The notes beneath the pieces were generated by a model that was not told where the DNA came from, did not search any database, and was given only the letters and a program-made list of their open reading frames with translations. DNA of 58,737 nucleotides, counting the filler, from Malassezia furfur (taxonomy: Eukaryota): assembly GCA_052055015.1 (NCBI GenBank). It is 3 parts of 3 records of this genome, joined end to end, with 100 filler letters (N's around TTAATTAATTAA, not from the genome) between each part and the next. Parts side by side here need not be neighbours in the genome. Positions count along the whole stretch, not along the records: positions 19,663 to 39,203 come from JBQJIT010000188.1; 2 more parts are not named here. One strand, 5' to 3'. How positions within the stretch are numbered: position 1 is the stretch's first letter; each line of letters starts with the position of its first letter. Shown in pieces: positions 20,413 to 30,729 of the stretch. Both the position numbers and the translations under genes were made by a program.

Positions 20413-22192
20413 TCACTGCCAGGAGCTGCCCACGCTCACGCTCTCGGCACCCGCATTGTAGCTGAATCCCGAGAATTGTTCCTGGTTTGCGGCGCTGATC
20501 AGATGGCTCTCGTCCACCACGCTGTCTTGGGCAGGCTCGCTCGTAAACTCCGGGTCGAAGTTGGACGTGTCCAACGTCGATTGCACCCCCGGCTTGTACG
20601 GCGGCTGCACTTTTTTCGCGAGGAGCAGCGCCCAGTCGATATGCTTGGTAAAGAACGGATGGCTTTTGATCTCGGCAGCGCCATGGGGTCCGTAGCCGAG
20701 CCGCTCGCTTGCCTCGCGGTGCAACAGACGCGTGAGCAAATCGCGCGCGTCCGGTTGGACCTCGGGAGGGAACGTGAGCGGATCGTGGAGAATTTTGCGG
20801 TACATCTCGCTGACATCCTCTGAGTAGAATGGCGGGAGGCCAGTGAGCATCTCGTAGAGCAGCACTCCGAGCGTCCACCAGTCAACCGACTTGGTGTAAC
20901 CGCGGCCCAACAGCAGTTCCGGCGCAAGGTACTCGGGCGTGCCACAGAAGGTATGCGTCGTCTCTTTATCGCCCATGTTCAGCTTACACAGGCCGAAATC
21001 GCACAGGGCAATGTGTCCAGTGTAGTCGAGCAGGATGTTTTCTGGCTTCAGGTCGCGGTAGATCACGTTGAAGTCGTGCAGATGCTCGAGTGCACAGAAG
21101 AGCTCAGCAGTGTAGAAGCGCGCACGCTCTTCGCTGAAATGCCCCTCGGCCTGGAGGTGGTGAAAGAGCTCGCCACCGTTGACAAACGCGAGGCCAAGGT
21201 ATAGCTTGTCGGGGCTCTGGAAGGAAAACTTGAGCGGCACAATGAACGGGCTGTTGACCTGGGCGAGCACTGTGCGCTCGGCCAGGGTGTGCGTCACCTC
21301 GGAGCGCGAGATGATGTGTGCCTTGCGGATGATTTTCAGTGCGTAGATCCGGTTCGTGTCGCGCTTGCGAACCTGCATCACCTTACCGAAGCTGCCTTTA
21401 CCGATGACCTTGAGCAGCTCAAACGACTCGATCGACAGCGAGCGGCCCTGTTGCGGCTTGAATGCGAGCTGCACATGAATCTGGCCTGTACCGCCCGAAA
21501 TCGGCAGCCAGGTGTCCATGGCACGCGCGCTTTCGAATGACGGCACCAGTTTCGCCGTTCCCAGATATACATCGTTCTCGCCCATCAGGTCCCGCATCGG
21601 CTTGCGTTGTCCCCCCTGCTGGTCCTCGGCCTTGGGCGTCGAGCTGCGGAACATGCCCATGATACCGAAACTCGTCGCGGCGGCCGGTGCGACAGCCTCT
21701 CCGCGGAGATAGACGTGCAGACTCACTTCGGTCTTGCGCGAGATGTCGCTGCGTCAGCCATGGCACGTACAAGTAGGCGGTGAACTGCCACTGCGGCGCC
21801 GATAGGTCGCCGCTCGATGCAAGAATCAGCACCTCGTTTTTGTCGAATTCCAGCACCACGTAAGGCAGGAAGGTTTGGCGCTCGCGCAGTGACTTGCTCT
21901 GTAGTGCATCGCCCGATTTGTCCGCAAGCACCTTGCCAGAGGGAAGCGACAAGCCACGCGCGGTCACGACGCTCACCGCAAGCAGGTCCGATTGCGTAGT
22001 ATCGCCGCCCGCAGCCCGGGCAGGCTTCGGCGGCGAGGCCTCCTTCGTGCTCGGTGCAGGGGCGGTGGGTTTCGGCGTCGCGGAGCGGTCGACGGGCGAG
22101 GGGACTCTCGGAGGCCCGAAGGCAAAGCTCGAGCTCTCGCGCAATTCTGCATAAGTGCTTCCCCACATACTCTTGCCCAGTCTCCACGACAT
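20413..22192 (-). CDS. YPK1: AGC kinase Ypk1/Gad8; introns 22147-22170 and 21749-21770
   Basis: MSWRLGKKLRE, C2-like YVVLEFDKNE, GKGSFGKV, TFCGTPEYLAPE, hydrophobic motif FSGFSY. Confidence 0.93.
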
Positions 22193-22298
22193 GGCGGCGG
22201 CGGTGAGACCGTGGCCGTGCCTGAGGGTCAACCGGCACGCTTTGTCAGCACCTGCACGTCCGTGCCGAATGCCGTGCAAATTTTGCGCCTGCACCACG

Positions 22299-22979
22299 AT
22301 GGACGAGCTGGACGCCTCGGCCGTGCGTGGGAAGATCACCCTGCTTCCGGGGCACGACGCTGCGCTCACCGCCGTCACATTCTGTATCCGGGACGAAGAT
22401 CATACACTCGGCAATGCACTGCGGTACATGCTAATGAAAGAGTACGTCGACCCCGGCCCCGAAGATTATACCCATTGTGTCCCGAGACCTGCTTTGCAAG
22501 TGTCATGGGGGAATACAAACTTGGAATTCTTCGTTTCTGAGGGGATTATCACACCAAGAGCACGCTAACGGCAGTCCGCGCGTGGAATTTTGCGGCTATA
22601 CGTAGGTTGCCGCCGCCGCTCACACGCAGCATTCCCCATCCGTCCGAGAGCAAAATCCACATGCGCGTTCAGATGAATGGTGAGTGTCTCGGCCAATTGG
22701 TATTGGGATGACACCTTTCCGAAGCCGAGCTACGGCGATGGACTGGCAGTTATACGCATTTCCAATTGTTCCTACTGAATTCTCCTCGCGTCTGGGAACA
22801 GGCTAACCGCAGAGCACACCGTGTCGGCGGTCGACGCGTTCCGCGACGCCATCGCGAATCTCGACCAGGTGTTTGCCTCAATTCGTGAACGCTACGATGC
22901 GAGCCTTGCATCTGATGATGTGAAGAAGGAGCCAGCGGCAGTCTCGTCGGCGCCGCGGCGGGCCGAGTTCTCGGGTTAA
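22299..22979 (+). CDS. RPC19: RNA polymerase I/III subunit AC19; introns 22442-22574 (133 nt), 22602-22629 (28 nt), 22680-22812 (133 nt)
   Basis: [45 protein letters not shown] after splicing. Confidence 0.93.
22451..22544 (+). ncRNA. Intronic box C/D snoRNA, snR57-like (18S Gm1572 guide)
   Basis: CCCC...GGGG flanks, variant C box (CC)GAAGA 22459-22465, D box CTGA 22537-22540; guide GGAATTCTTCGTT pairs with 18S AACGAGGAATTCC (one G-U), D+5 rule hits the G. Confidence 0.65.
22701..22782 (+). ncRNA. Intronic box C/D snoRNA, snR41/SNORD62-like (18S Am541 guide)
   Basis: C box GGGATGA 22705-22711, D' CCGA 22725-22728, C'-like GCGATGG, D box CTGA 22775-22778; guide TCCAATTGTTCCT is 13/13 complementary to 18S AGGAACAATTGGA. 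Confidence 0.75.
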
Positions 22980-22991
22980 TGTATTCTAGTT

Positions 22992-24232
22992 TCACGAAAT
23001 GGTAGCAACAACTGCGTAAGCCTCGCAACGACCACCCACTTTTGCCCGTGTCTGTGTGAGTGAGTGTGCGACGTACTCTTGTTCGCCTGCATCGCGTCGT
23101 GCGCCTTGGCAATGTCGTTCCAGTCAAACGTGTCCCACACGACCAGGCGCGTGCCTTCGTCGTGGGTCTCCACACCACGCACGATCGAGTCCAGGCCGCC
23201 GCTGTGGAAAAAGTCCTGCACCAGCTTCGACTGGTACTCCAGCGAGCGGCTCCGCAGCGTACTGCCCTCGATGCGCAGGCGCTTCGTCAGGAGCGGGCCC
23301 AGATTCACCTCCTTGACCTTGGCGCCGCCCATAAAGCCCTGCATGGTCAGACGCCCGTCGCGTTTCAGCGACGCCAAGTTGTCCTCAAAGTACGGCGCGC
23401 CGACGAAATCCATAATGACGTCCACGCCCTCGCCATTTGTCGCCTCCATCAGCTTGTCCTTCCAGCTGCCTTCTTTGTAGTTGAATCCGTCCGTGGCACC
23501 GAGCTGCTTGCAGAACGCAATCTTCTCCGGCGACCCGGCGGTGACGTAGATGCGACGCGCACCCTCCGCCTTAGCGAGCTGGATGGCCGCAAGACCCACA
23601 CCGGACGCGCCCGCGTGTACAAGTAGATCCTCACCCGCCTTGAACGAGCCCAGCACGCGGAGTGCCTGGAACGCGGTCAAGAATGCTGCCGTTAGCAGGT
23701 GTCACGCACCTTCGGGCATACTCGCGGCTTGCACCCAGCTGATTGCCTCGGGCTTCTTGAGTACCATCTCCTCGGGAACGCGGATGTACTCGGCATAGGC
23801 ACCGCCGGTGGCGAGACCAAACACGGGGTCCCCAACGGCCAGGTGCTGGACGCCCTGACCGACATCGACGACGTTCCCGCTGAACTCGACACCCAGGATC
23901 GGGCTTGCGCCAGGCGGGATGGGGTACTTGCCCTCGCGCTGGAGCAGGTCCATGCGGTTCAGGCCGAACGCCTTCACTTGCACCAGCACGCTCTTGGGCG
24001 TGTCGGTGAGCTTGGGGGTGGGCGCCTCGCCAATGTACAGCGCACTCGAGGGGCCGACTTTGTCGCGGATCAGCACCGCGCGCATACTCTCAGGGACAGT
24101 CATCTGGGCAAATGTACGCCGCGAGACGGATGATGCGAGATAGTTTACGGTAGGTCGCACGCTACGGTATACGAGCCCACGGAACATCGGAGTTAGCATT
24201 CGGGGTCGCCCACGGAACATCGGAGTTAGCAT
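22992..24232 (-). CDS. NADPH:quinone oxidoreductase (PIG3/zeta-crystallin-like MDR); introns 23686-23709, 23052-23076, 23012-23039; alternative start 24103
   Basis: AFGLNRMDLLQREGKYP, ILGVEFSG, LVHAGASGVG, IEGSTLRSR, ends NTGKIVATIS* after splicing. Confidence 0.9.
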
Positions 24233-24241
24233 TCGGGGTCG
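24176..24241. repeat. Perfect 33-bp tandem duplication
   Basis: cccacggaacatcggagttagcattcggggtcg at 24176-24208 and 24209-24241. Confidence 0.95.
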
Positions 24242-24260
24242 TGCATCGCTGAGTAAAAGC

Positions 24261-25998
24261 TCACTAAGGGTCAGTGCGCGCTCACGTACCGTAATCACCG
24301 TGGGCTTCGAGCGGCCCGTAAACTTCTCCAGTTCGCTGAGCTGGAGTGCGACATTAATGAGAGGCATGAGCGCCTTTTGCACATCCTCCTTGTACTCCGC
24401 AGGATCCTGCGTGTACTTTTCAACATAGAGACGGATCGTCGCGCCAGCACTGCCCGTGCCGCTCAGGCGGAAGATGACACGCGAGCCATCGTTGAACAGC
24501 ACATACAGGCCCTGATTCTTGCTCACGCTCTTGTCGATGGGGTCCGTGTAGCTGAAGTCGTCGGCCTCGGCCACCGTGAAGTCGCCGAGCTTGCTGCCAA
24601 CAAAGTTGGGCTCGGCGAAGCGCGCACGAAGGTGCTCCATCATCTTCTTGGCACCATCGCTGTCGACCTCTTCGTAATCGTAACGGCTGAAGAAGTTACG
24701 GCCGTACTTGGTGTAGTGTGCGTTCAACACGTCACCCACACTAGTGCCAGGCTTCTCCTTGTTGGCCGCGGCCATGATGCTGAGCCACGCTGCGTCAGAA
24801 AATGCGTCACGTACCGACCACCGCCCAGAGACCGTCCTTTTCACGGATGTGGTCCGAGCCTGTACCAAACGACTCCTCACCGCAGATCGACAGGCGACCG
24901 GCATCCATGAGGTTGCCGAAGAACTTCCAGCCGGTCGGCACCTCGAACACCTCGTAGTTGCGCGCCTTGGCGACACGGTCGATCGCACCGCTCGTCGGCA
25001 TGCTGCGGGCCAACCCGTGGATGCCGCCCTGGGCAAAGTAGGGGATCGCCTTCTGCGCCCAGTCCGCGATGATCGCGACACTGTCGCTCGGGTTCACGAA
25101 TGCGTTCTTGCCCAGAATCATGTTGCGGTCACCGTCGCCATCGCTCGCGGCGCCGAAGCTGAGCCCTTCCTTCTCCACGGCATCAACCAGCGTCTTGGCG
25201 TACGTAAGGTTCGGGTCGGGGTGCGCGCCACCAAAGTCGGGCAGCGGCACGCAGTTTTGCACCGCCGACTCGTCCAGGCCGAAGCGCTCGACAAACAGGG
25301 CCTTGGCATACGGGCCCGTCACACCGTTCAGGCCGTCGAAGCGCACCGTAAACGAGCCGGACGACAAAAAGTCGCGGATCATGTTGAAGTCGAAGATCTT
25401 GGCGAGGTACTCGACATAATCCTTCACCGAGTCGATCACTTCCACCTCCATCGAGCCAAACGTGCTCGTGCCAATCTTGGACAGGTCGACGTCGGAGCCC
25501 TCGACCACTTTGTACTCCTTGATCTGAGTGGTCAGCTTGTAAATTTCGTTCGTGACCGCTTCGGGAGCAGGACCGCCATTGCTCATGTTGTACTTGATGC
25601 CGAAGTCGGCATCCGGGCCACCCGGGTTGTGACTCGCCGTGAGCAAAATACCACCCGTAGCCTTGTTCAGACGGATGATGTGCGAGGCGGCCGGCGTCGA
25701 AAGGATGCCGTTCTGGCCGATGATCAGCTTCTTCACCCCGTTCGCGGCCGAGATGCGGATGATCTTCTGCACCGCCGGCTTGGAGAAATAGCGTCCGTCA
25801 CCGCCCACGACCAGCGTCGCACCCTTCGCGCCGCCCGGAATGGCATCCAGGATACACTGCACAAAGTTCTCCGTGTAATTCTCCTGCTCAAAGACCTTGA
25901 CACTGGGATGAGTATAGCACGTACCGCTTGCGCAGTCCCGAGGTACCCGGCTTCTGGCCTTCGAAGGGCTTCGTCGGAATCGTCTGTGCTGTCGCCAT
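24261..25998 (-). CDS. PGM2: Phosphoglucomutase; introns 25903-25924, 24790-24814, 24264-24289
   Basis: GQKPGTSGLRKRV, TASHNPGG, DGDGDR, CGEESFG, RLSGTGS, ends PTVIT*. Confidence 0.96.
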
Positions 25999-26068
25999 CG
26001 TGTCTCGAGGAAGGCTCCACAAGCCCCAGGCACGTGCCCTAGGGTAGCCTGCGTTGCTGTGGAGCAGC

Positions 26069-26922
26069 ATGGAGAAGAAACGACGCGGGGCGGACGCGTC
26101 GCACAAGCCAGCCAGGGAATGCAGCCTGCCCGGGCACAAGCCGCACATGCCGTTCTCATCCATTGCGGCATTCGAGGCTCATTACTATACCGAGCATACC
26201 TTTCGTTGCAACGCCTTGCTGCCGTTCCATTCACACGACTCCACGCAGTCAAGCTCCCGTTTCTCCGACGAACGCGCGCAAAGATGTGGAAAGACGTTTC
26301 CAAATGAACATCTACTTGCTCTGCATATGGAAGAGTGCCATAGCAGTCTTACGGCACAACGTCGCGAGCGTGGAGAGAAAGTGGTACGTTCTCTCAGCTG
26401 ACACAGTTTGGTTGCTTTGAACCACAATGCGACCGCATGTTTGCGACACCGAAGCTTCGCCGACAGCATCTGATTGCCGCACACCACTACCCACCAGAGT
26501 TCTTCTTCAGCGTGACTAACCACGGGATTGGACGGCTCCGCGAGCTCTACGGAGATGGCGCGAGTCTTGTACGCAAGACTTGGCGGCGTAGGCCTTCCAT
26601 GGGCGACCCCCATGACGCCCCAAAGCCAAGGCACAAAGATGTGCCACACATGCAGGTCGATGACCAGAGTACGACAACGAACTCTAGATCCCGTGATGTC
26701 AGCGCTACCGCACCGCCAGAGCACTGTCAAGCAGCACCAGCAGCTTCTAAGCCGCCGACAACCTCAGCTCTGACAAGAAAGCGAAGTCTGGACTCTCTGT
26801 CCAGCGCAGAAGAAGAGCTCCCTTGCGCTTCGCCCAAGACGGACACACCTGCCCTGCAAGACGTGCTCGAGCAAATGAGCGTCTTGTCGCTTGTTCCGCG
26901 CAGTGTCCGCAAACAATCATGA
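26069..26922 (+). CDS. C2H2 zinc-finger protein (ZNF511-like); intron 26384-26406
   Basis: FEAHYYTEH, CGKTFPNEHLLALHMEECH, FGCFEPQCDRMFATPKLRRQHLIAAHHYP. Confidence 0.75.
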
Positions 26923-26929
26923 TATACCC

Positions 26930-27955
26930 CTATGTACCAAAACCGGCCCACGCCAAGCTCCAGTACTCGACATTGCCCCATAGGGGAGCCGGCGCCGTAT
27001 CGGTCGCATCATCATAGCCTGCCAAACGCTGCTCAAGCGCCACAGTATCATCCAGTGTCACCGTGTTGGCCTGGCACAACAAATGCGACTTCTTCACCGC
27101 CGTACCCAAGCGGCCCGAGGCGACGACATGGTAGGCGGCCATAGGCTGCTGCGGCGTCGCAAGGATAGTGGCAGTATAGTGCGAGTGGTATCTTAGCGGG
27201 TCTCCAGGGTACACCACAAAGTCACCGCCAAAACGCAGCCCGGTGCTCAGGAAGTATCCCTTGCTGTGCAGCGCTTCGAACGTGGCACAGCGCGCGCGCT
27301 CTTGCAACGTGCTGGGGTACGACCACACACCAGCCGCTTGTGCAGACTGTAGCGTGATGTACGCATTGGTATGTTCTGGCTGCATGTCAGAGGTGGCCGG
27401 ATGGTAGCCCGGCATCTCGGCGGACGTATTGGGGGTATGGTGGACATAGCCCATCTTTGCCATGAGGTCTTCTTGCGACGGCGGTGCCTCTTGCTCTACT
27501 TTGGCACCCTTGGCCTCTTTCGCTGCTTGGCGTGCCCGGCGTCGTTCAAGTGCCTTGGCGTCTCCCGCCTCCTGCGTGAGCGCAGCCTCAATCCGCTGCC
27601 GGTGCTCTTCTTGTTGTTGGAACTGCTGTTCCTTCTGAGCCAGGATCTGTTGTGCCTCATTTTCAAGGAACTGTGCACGCTCGTCCTCTCTGGGAACCTC
27701 GTAAGCGTCCTTGTCGCTAATCAACACTGCAGCTCTCCGCCTCAGCAACAGGACCACCTCTTCTGGAAGGAGACGAAGCGGCAGGCCCAAGAACACATTT
27801 TGCTGAGGAATCAGCGGCAGGGTACCGCTCAATAGGCCACACAGATTGTGCTGTGTTCTAACGAATTCCACATCTCTCGCTTCCCAGAGGTAGGGCACCC
27901 CGTTGGCGAGCAGAATCGGTACCCGGTCCGGATACGCTTTTCGCAGCTCGTCCAT
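26930..27955 (-). CDS. SEN34: tRNA-splicing endonuclease subunit Sen34
   Basis: QQNVFLGLPLRLLPEE, GLRFGGDFVVYPGDPLRYHSHY, GRLGTAVKK. Confidence 0.93.
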   Translation of the reverse strand: MDELRKAYPDRVPILLANGVPYLWEARDVEFVRTQHNLCGLLSGTLPLIPQQNVFLGLPLRLLPEEVVLLLRRRAAVLISDKDAYEVPREDERAQFLENEAQQILAQKEQQFQQQEEHRQRIEAALTQEAGDAKALERRRARQAAKEAKGAKVEQEAPPSQEDLMAKMGYVHHTPNTSAEMPGYHPATSDMQPEHTNAYITLQSAQAAGVWSYPSTLQERARCATFEALHSKGYFLSTGLRFGGDFVVYPGDPLRYHSHYTATILATPQQPMAAYHVVASGRLGTAVKKSHLLCQANTVTLDDTVALEQRLAGYDDATDTAPAPLWGNVEYWSLAWAGFGT

Positions 27956-27979
27956 AAGGTGGAGGCCCGCGCTAGAAGT

Positions 27980-30607
27980 CTACTGTCGGAAGTACTGGGC
28001 CATATTGTGGAGCCGATCGAACATGGACGAGATGTACGATGTCTCGTTGAAGAGGGCCTCGAAGTTCATCACGGCCTTCTCTTCGCTGACATCCAGCATA
28101 AACTTCTCCTGGATCTTGAGCACGGCTTTATCAGGTTCGGACCGGATATCCGGAATATTGGCATCGACCATGAGAGAGACCAGGTTCAGAATGAGGTTGG
28201 CATTCTTGCGAAGACACGCATACGCGGTGTTGCACAATTTCTTGAATCGTGCATAGTACACAGAGTTGGCACCTCCCATGCCATCGACCATCTCTTTGCA
28301 GATCTTAACAGGAGGCGGGAAGGGCTTCGGATCTCTGCCCAAGATGTAGCCAAAGTCCACATGGAAGAAATGCCCGTCGGGCGAAAGCAGCAGGTTGTCC
28401 AGGTGTCGGTCGCCCACGCCGAGCAGGTAGGTGATGACACAGTAGCCTGCACAGCTTCGGACAAAGGTGTCCAGCACCGAGCTTTGGACAAAGTAGGTCG
28501 CGGCGCTGTTCTTGTCAGGGTAATTTGCGCGCAAATACTCGAGCAAACTGCCGTTGTAACTCGTCATAATCGCAGCAATCGTCATGCTTTGGATGTACTG
28601 TACCATCCCATCTGATGGGCTCGTCGCCAGCACACGGTATGGCGTAATTTTCAGATCGAGGTTCTCGTTGCGGAGGAGTCGATCCATTAACGCAAACAGC
28701 TGAATCACCAGCTGGTCCTGCCGGAGGTCGTCTCCATCTTTGCAAATGATGGTGTAGGCCGAGCCGCTTTTGGCGTCGTCCTCGGGTACTTCAGTGCGGA
28801 ACTCATCCACCTCAAACTCAATGCGCAGGGGGAAGAGATTGCTTTTGAACACGGTGCTGTTCTCCGGTATCGTTTTGACGACCGACACCTGCGGATCCAA
28901 GGGCAGCGAAAGCGCAGGATGGAACGTATGTAAGCCCCCTTTTTTATCCGCAAGAAGGGTACGCAACTTCTCGATCTTCTTGGGCCGCGCATCACGCGAG
29001 AGGCGCAGCTGTTTGCACCGTGCCGAAAGCACTTCGACAAACTGGGTTTGACGTGCCAGCATCTCCTCCAACGGCGCATTCGTATTTAGCAAGCGAGTAT
29101 GCAGGGCATCTAGAACCCGTTTGAACAGAGATCCATACGTTGCATCTTCGCATTCCACTCGGACGTACCAGAAGAACATGGTTCCCAGGCAATTGTTCGA
29201 CGCACTGCGCATGCACAAAAGGTCGACCAGCTTCGAGCCATCAACTAGTGCATCCGTGTCGGTGTCCTCCGGTCGCCGATGGCGCCGGGCCTGGTTCCAT
29301 GCCACCTCGTCAAACTTGATGGCTTGCACAAGCTGCAGGAGGTACAGCTCAAGCTCCTCGTCGCTCGTCCGTTCCAAGAGGCGCACCGCATAGGCACGCA
29401 CGCGCAGGTCTCGGAACCAGGGCCCGAGAAGCTCAAGTGCGTCTGAAAGTTCGGGTTCGGCCCACATTGGTAGCAAGACATCCGTAGCTTGTCGCGTCTC
29501 GTCCGGGTCACTCCACACGACCGACTTGAGGAATTTCGTGAGCCCCTTGGGGTAGCGCGTGAGATGGAAACGGAAGGACCAGATCAAATCCTTCTCTGCC
29601 GACGTGAGTTTGCGCGTAGATGGGTATACAAGGATATCGTTCAACTCGTCGCGCACACTGGCCGTGGGTTTCCGCTCACGGTCAAGGAGGTTGGAGCGCT
29701 GGGATCGCACAAGTCGGCGGTGCTTTGCCTCAATGATGTTTTCCTTGTCACCCTCCGGGTCGTAGATGGTGAACAAGGAAGCGTCCACGGTCCGACACGG
29801 CCCAGCCGTGGCAGGCGTGGTCTTTACCGGTGGCTCCTCCTCCATTTCAGGCTCGGGCTCGGCAAATACCACAGGCAAATCAAAATTGGGCATCTCGACC
29901 GTTAGTAGGAGTCCTTCGGCCTGGTTGACCTCGCTTTCGTGCACTTGTTCAATCGCTCGGAAGGCGAGCTTGTCGAGCCAGTCAACATGGGGCATCGTAC
30001 GCCGCTGGTGCTGCTTAACGAGTTTCTCGAGCCGCAATGACTCTGTCTCGGGCCCCTGCTGGTGCGGTGTGGACGATGGAAGGTGGGTGTCACCCACGAC
30101 ATTGGGCCAAACGTGCAGGCGTTGCTGTCCTCGTCGGAGTGACCTACGTCAGGGGTGCTGCGTACCCTTTCCTGCCAAAAAGTGGCAATGTAGTTCCGCC
30201 AACAATGGTCTCCCCATGCGATGAATCGGGTTCCAGTAGCGTAAACACCAAGATGGCCGTAGGCGGGAGATTGGCAATCTCAAAGGGCATTTGCATCCAT
30301 TCGTCCCATTCCATGTCCGGTTTCGGAGCCTTGTACGACGTGCGCTTTGGAAGTGTCAGTGGCTTGTTATCCGCATAAAGCTGGCACTGCACACAGATCG
30401 GCGGCACCTTGGCGGAATCGCTGGCGCCTTTTGCTGCCAAGGTGTGGCCGTGTTCTCTCTGCGAGGGGCCCGCAGCCTGGGGGTCTGCGCTGCTGGGGCA
30501 TTTGCCTTCTAGACGAGATCTGCGTGAGATAAAATGACGCACATTTGAAAACACACGTCCCTGTGCACGTCATACGACGCCACGAAGGAATAGAAATCAC
30601 CATCCAT
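27980..30607 (-). CDS. VPS34: Class III phosphatidylinositol 3-kinase; introns 30520-30542 and 30144-30165
   Basis: C2 domain, PIK helical domain (LYLLQLVQAIKF), KDGDDLRQDQL, GVGDRHLDN, DFGYILGRDPKPF. Confidence 0.96.
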
Positions 30608-30729
30608 CCCAGCAGGAACGCACGGCGCGGGGTTGGAAACGAGATGCCCTCCACTTGGCGCTGCATGCAGCCTTATGCATAGGAGAACGTGCACTGCGCA
30701 CGAATTGCTTCTTTTCCTTACGCGCTACC

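Noticed and set aside
22493..22506. TTTGCAAGTGTCAT as an antisense guide to U6 snRNA
   Set aside because: Imperfect match and not adjacent to a D/D' box
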